Assembly: GCF_011386835.1 (NCBI RefSeq)
Contig: NC_088794.1
Span: forward strand, 84,630,001 to 84,694,000
Direction: 5' to 3'
DNA length: 64,000 bases
From: Chrysemys picta bellii
Lineage: Eukaryota
Of the stretch, positions 62,520 through 64,000 are shown in pieces. The notes under the pieces are model-generated. The model searched no databases and was not told the origin of the DNA. It was given only the letters and a program-made list of their open reading frames with translations. The position numbers and the translations under genes were made by a program. Each line of letters starts with the position of its first letter. The first letter of the stretch is position 1.

Positions 62520-63621
62520 AGATTAAAGAGTTTAATGAGGAGTAACTGGAGCTGAAGCAAGTGAGGAAGAGTAGCCTGACTTCAGAAATCCCGAACAGTT
62601 CCCTCAGGAGAGAGATTCTGCGCCTCCCAGTTCCTAAGCCACTGAATTTTCTGTGGATCACAAATACCTCTTCAATTGCGTGAGCCTCAGAACAATAGTC
62701 TAACTGATTCTGGTGGCAGCATATACAGCAGAATGGAATCCTCTGTCTTCCTGCTAAGAAAGTTCTACCTCCTGTTTTCCTAACCTAGTGGAGAGAGGGT
62801 TTTTTTTCCAGAGGCCCCATAGCCTGAGTGGGATTGTAAATGAGGAAAGGGGCTGTCAGGGGTGCACAGGGGTAGAGACCTGGTAATAGCTGGGGAGGGA
62901 TTTAGGTGGGATTTTGTATATATAACTACAAAACTGAAGGCTGGTTTTGTTTATTGTGATGCAGAAGTCAGTCAAACAAGTGGGCAGTGAGTTAGCTGAA
63001 GGCTGATTGGCTTTTGTCTTTGTTGTCTGACAGATCATTGTACTAAACTTTCCCTCCAGGAGGGTTTCTACTGGAAAGGAAGAATGACCTTTCCTTTGTC
63101 AGCCTGTATATCTTGGATGCTGTTGTCCTGCTGTGGAGCCTATACAGACTGCCAGCCCCATCATGCTGTGACATTTCAAGCTTGTTTTCAAAATTCCAAA
63201 CTCAGTAAATGGAAAATTTAAAAGAAAGCCAAGGAGCTTGGGGGGGGAGGGGGGTATCCACACTCTACAAGGAAATTAGATTAAACTCCAGTTTGTCACT
63301 TGTTTAAATGGAAAATCCCTTGGAATTAGAAACTTCCCATTAAAATACATAGGTGGAAAAATCAGAATTTGGAAAAGAGGCTTTAAGAATTCTGCCAAAA
63401 ACTAAACAACAAAGTCTTAAAGTTTCCAGATTGCAATGGAAAATACCCTTTGGGAACAGAGAATTCAATAGCAGGCCCTTCCCAGGACTGGAGGGAGAAG
63501 GGAGGATCCATTCCAGCAGAGGCTGCTGTGATCAGAGAAAGGGAGGAGAGAAGCCACAGTAAACAGTTCTCGCTTCACCCAAGACATTTATCTACAGAAC
63601 GGGTGGGGACTCTTACCTGGC

Positions 63622-63709
63622 ATGGCACTCCTGCTCCAGCTGCAGCTCAGAGCCTGGCTGTGGACAGCACTGGTCCTCTATGTGTTTGCTGGATCCTGGA
63701 GGCAGACAG
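63622..63709 (+). CDS. FAM180B: Probable first coding exon (signal peptide) of a secreted protein, likely FAM180B
   Basis: MALLLQLQLRAWLWTALVLYVFAGSWRQT + G|GTAGGA; hydrophobic core, phase-1 donor. The name comes mainly from synteny (FAM180B follows NDUFS3); later exons are outside the window. Confidence 0.55.
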
Positions 63710-64000
63710 GTAGGAGGTGCAGTTGCAAGGGAGGTGGCTGCTCTGCAAAACAAATGTGTTTGTGCAGTTCCACTGGTGCTGGGTTTTACCTAATTCCCCA
63801 AATATGCTGGCGGGCTGGGTGTACTTACAAAAACAACTTTCTGTGATAGAAAGCAAATGAATTGTGCTCTATGCTAGACTCTATTCTGACTGAGGGAAGA
63901 GGGATGGCAGAGTTTGTCTCCAGAGAAGTTAAGAGTGCTCTACTCCTGACATATACTACTTATTTGTCCCCCCAAATGCCTTTTATGCCCTTACGGTCTT

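Overview
Vertebrate nuclear DNA, most likely a turtle (inferred from the tortoise-type tRNA/CR1 SINE and the CR1, Penelope and hAT repeat families seen). Three complete spliced genes were rebuilt exon by exon with GT-AG junctions: PTPMT1 (+, 4 exons, 211 aa), KBTBD4 (-, 4 exons, 535/519 aa) and NDUFS3 (+, 7 exons, 256 aa). A probable FAM180B signal-peptide exon lies at the right end. By synteny, a non-coding first exon and first intron of CELF1 (-) cover roughly 1-19.9 kb. Two CpG-island bidirectional promoters are present (~19.2-20.7 kb and ~46.3-47.3 kb). Introns are full of transposons. Most notable: (1) a three-tier nest of a decayed DIRS tyrosine-recombinase retrotransposon, split by a PIF/Harbinger transposon, split by a young CR1; (2) a perfect 184-bp Penelope-derived palindrome with a hammerhead-like motif on each strand; (3) a young hAT MITE with 154-bp inverted arms; (4) a strong-context out-of-frame upstream ORF and a GTGAG array in front of PTPMT1. 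I see no convincing wholly new biological system; these are the best leads. Repeat boundaries without a target-site duplication (TSD) are approximate, and no database search was run.
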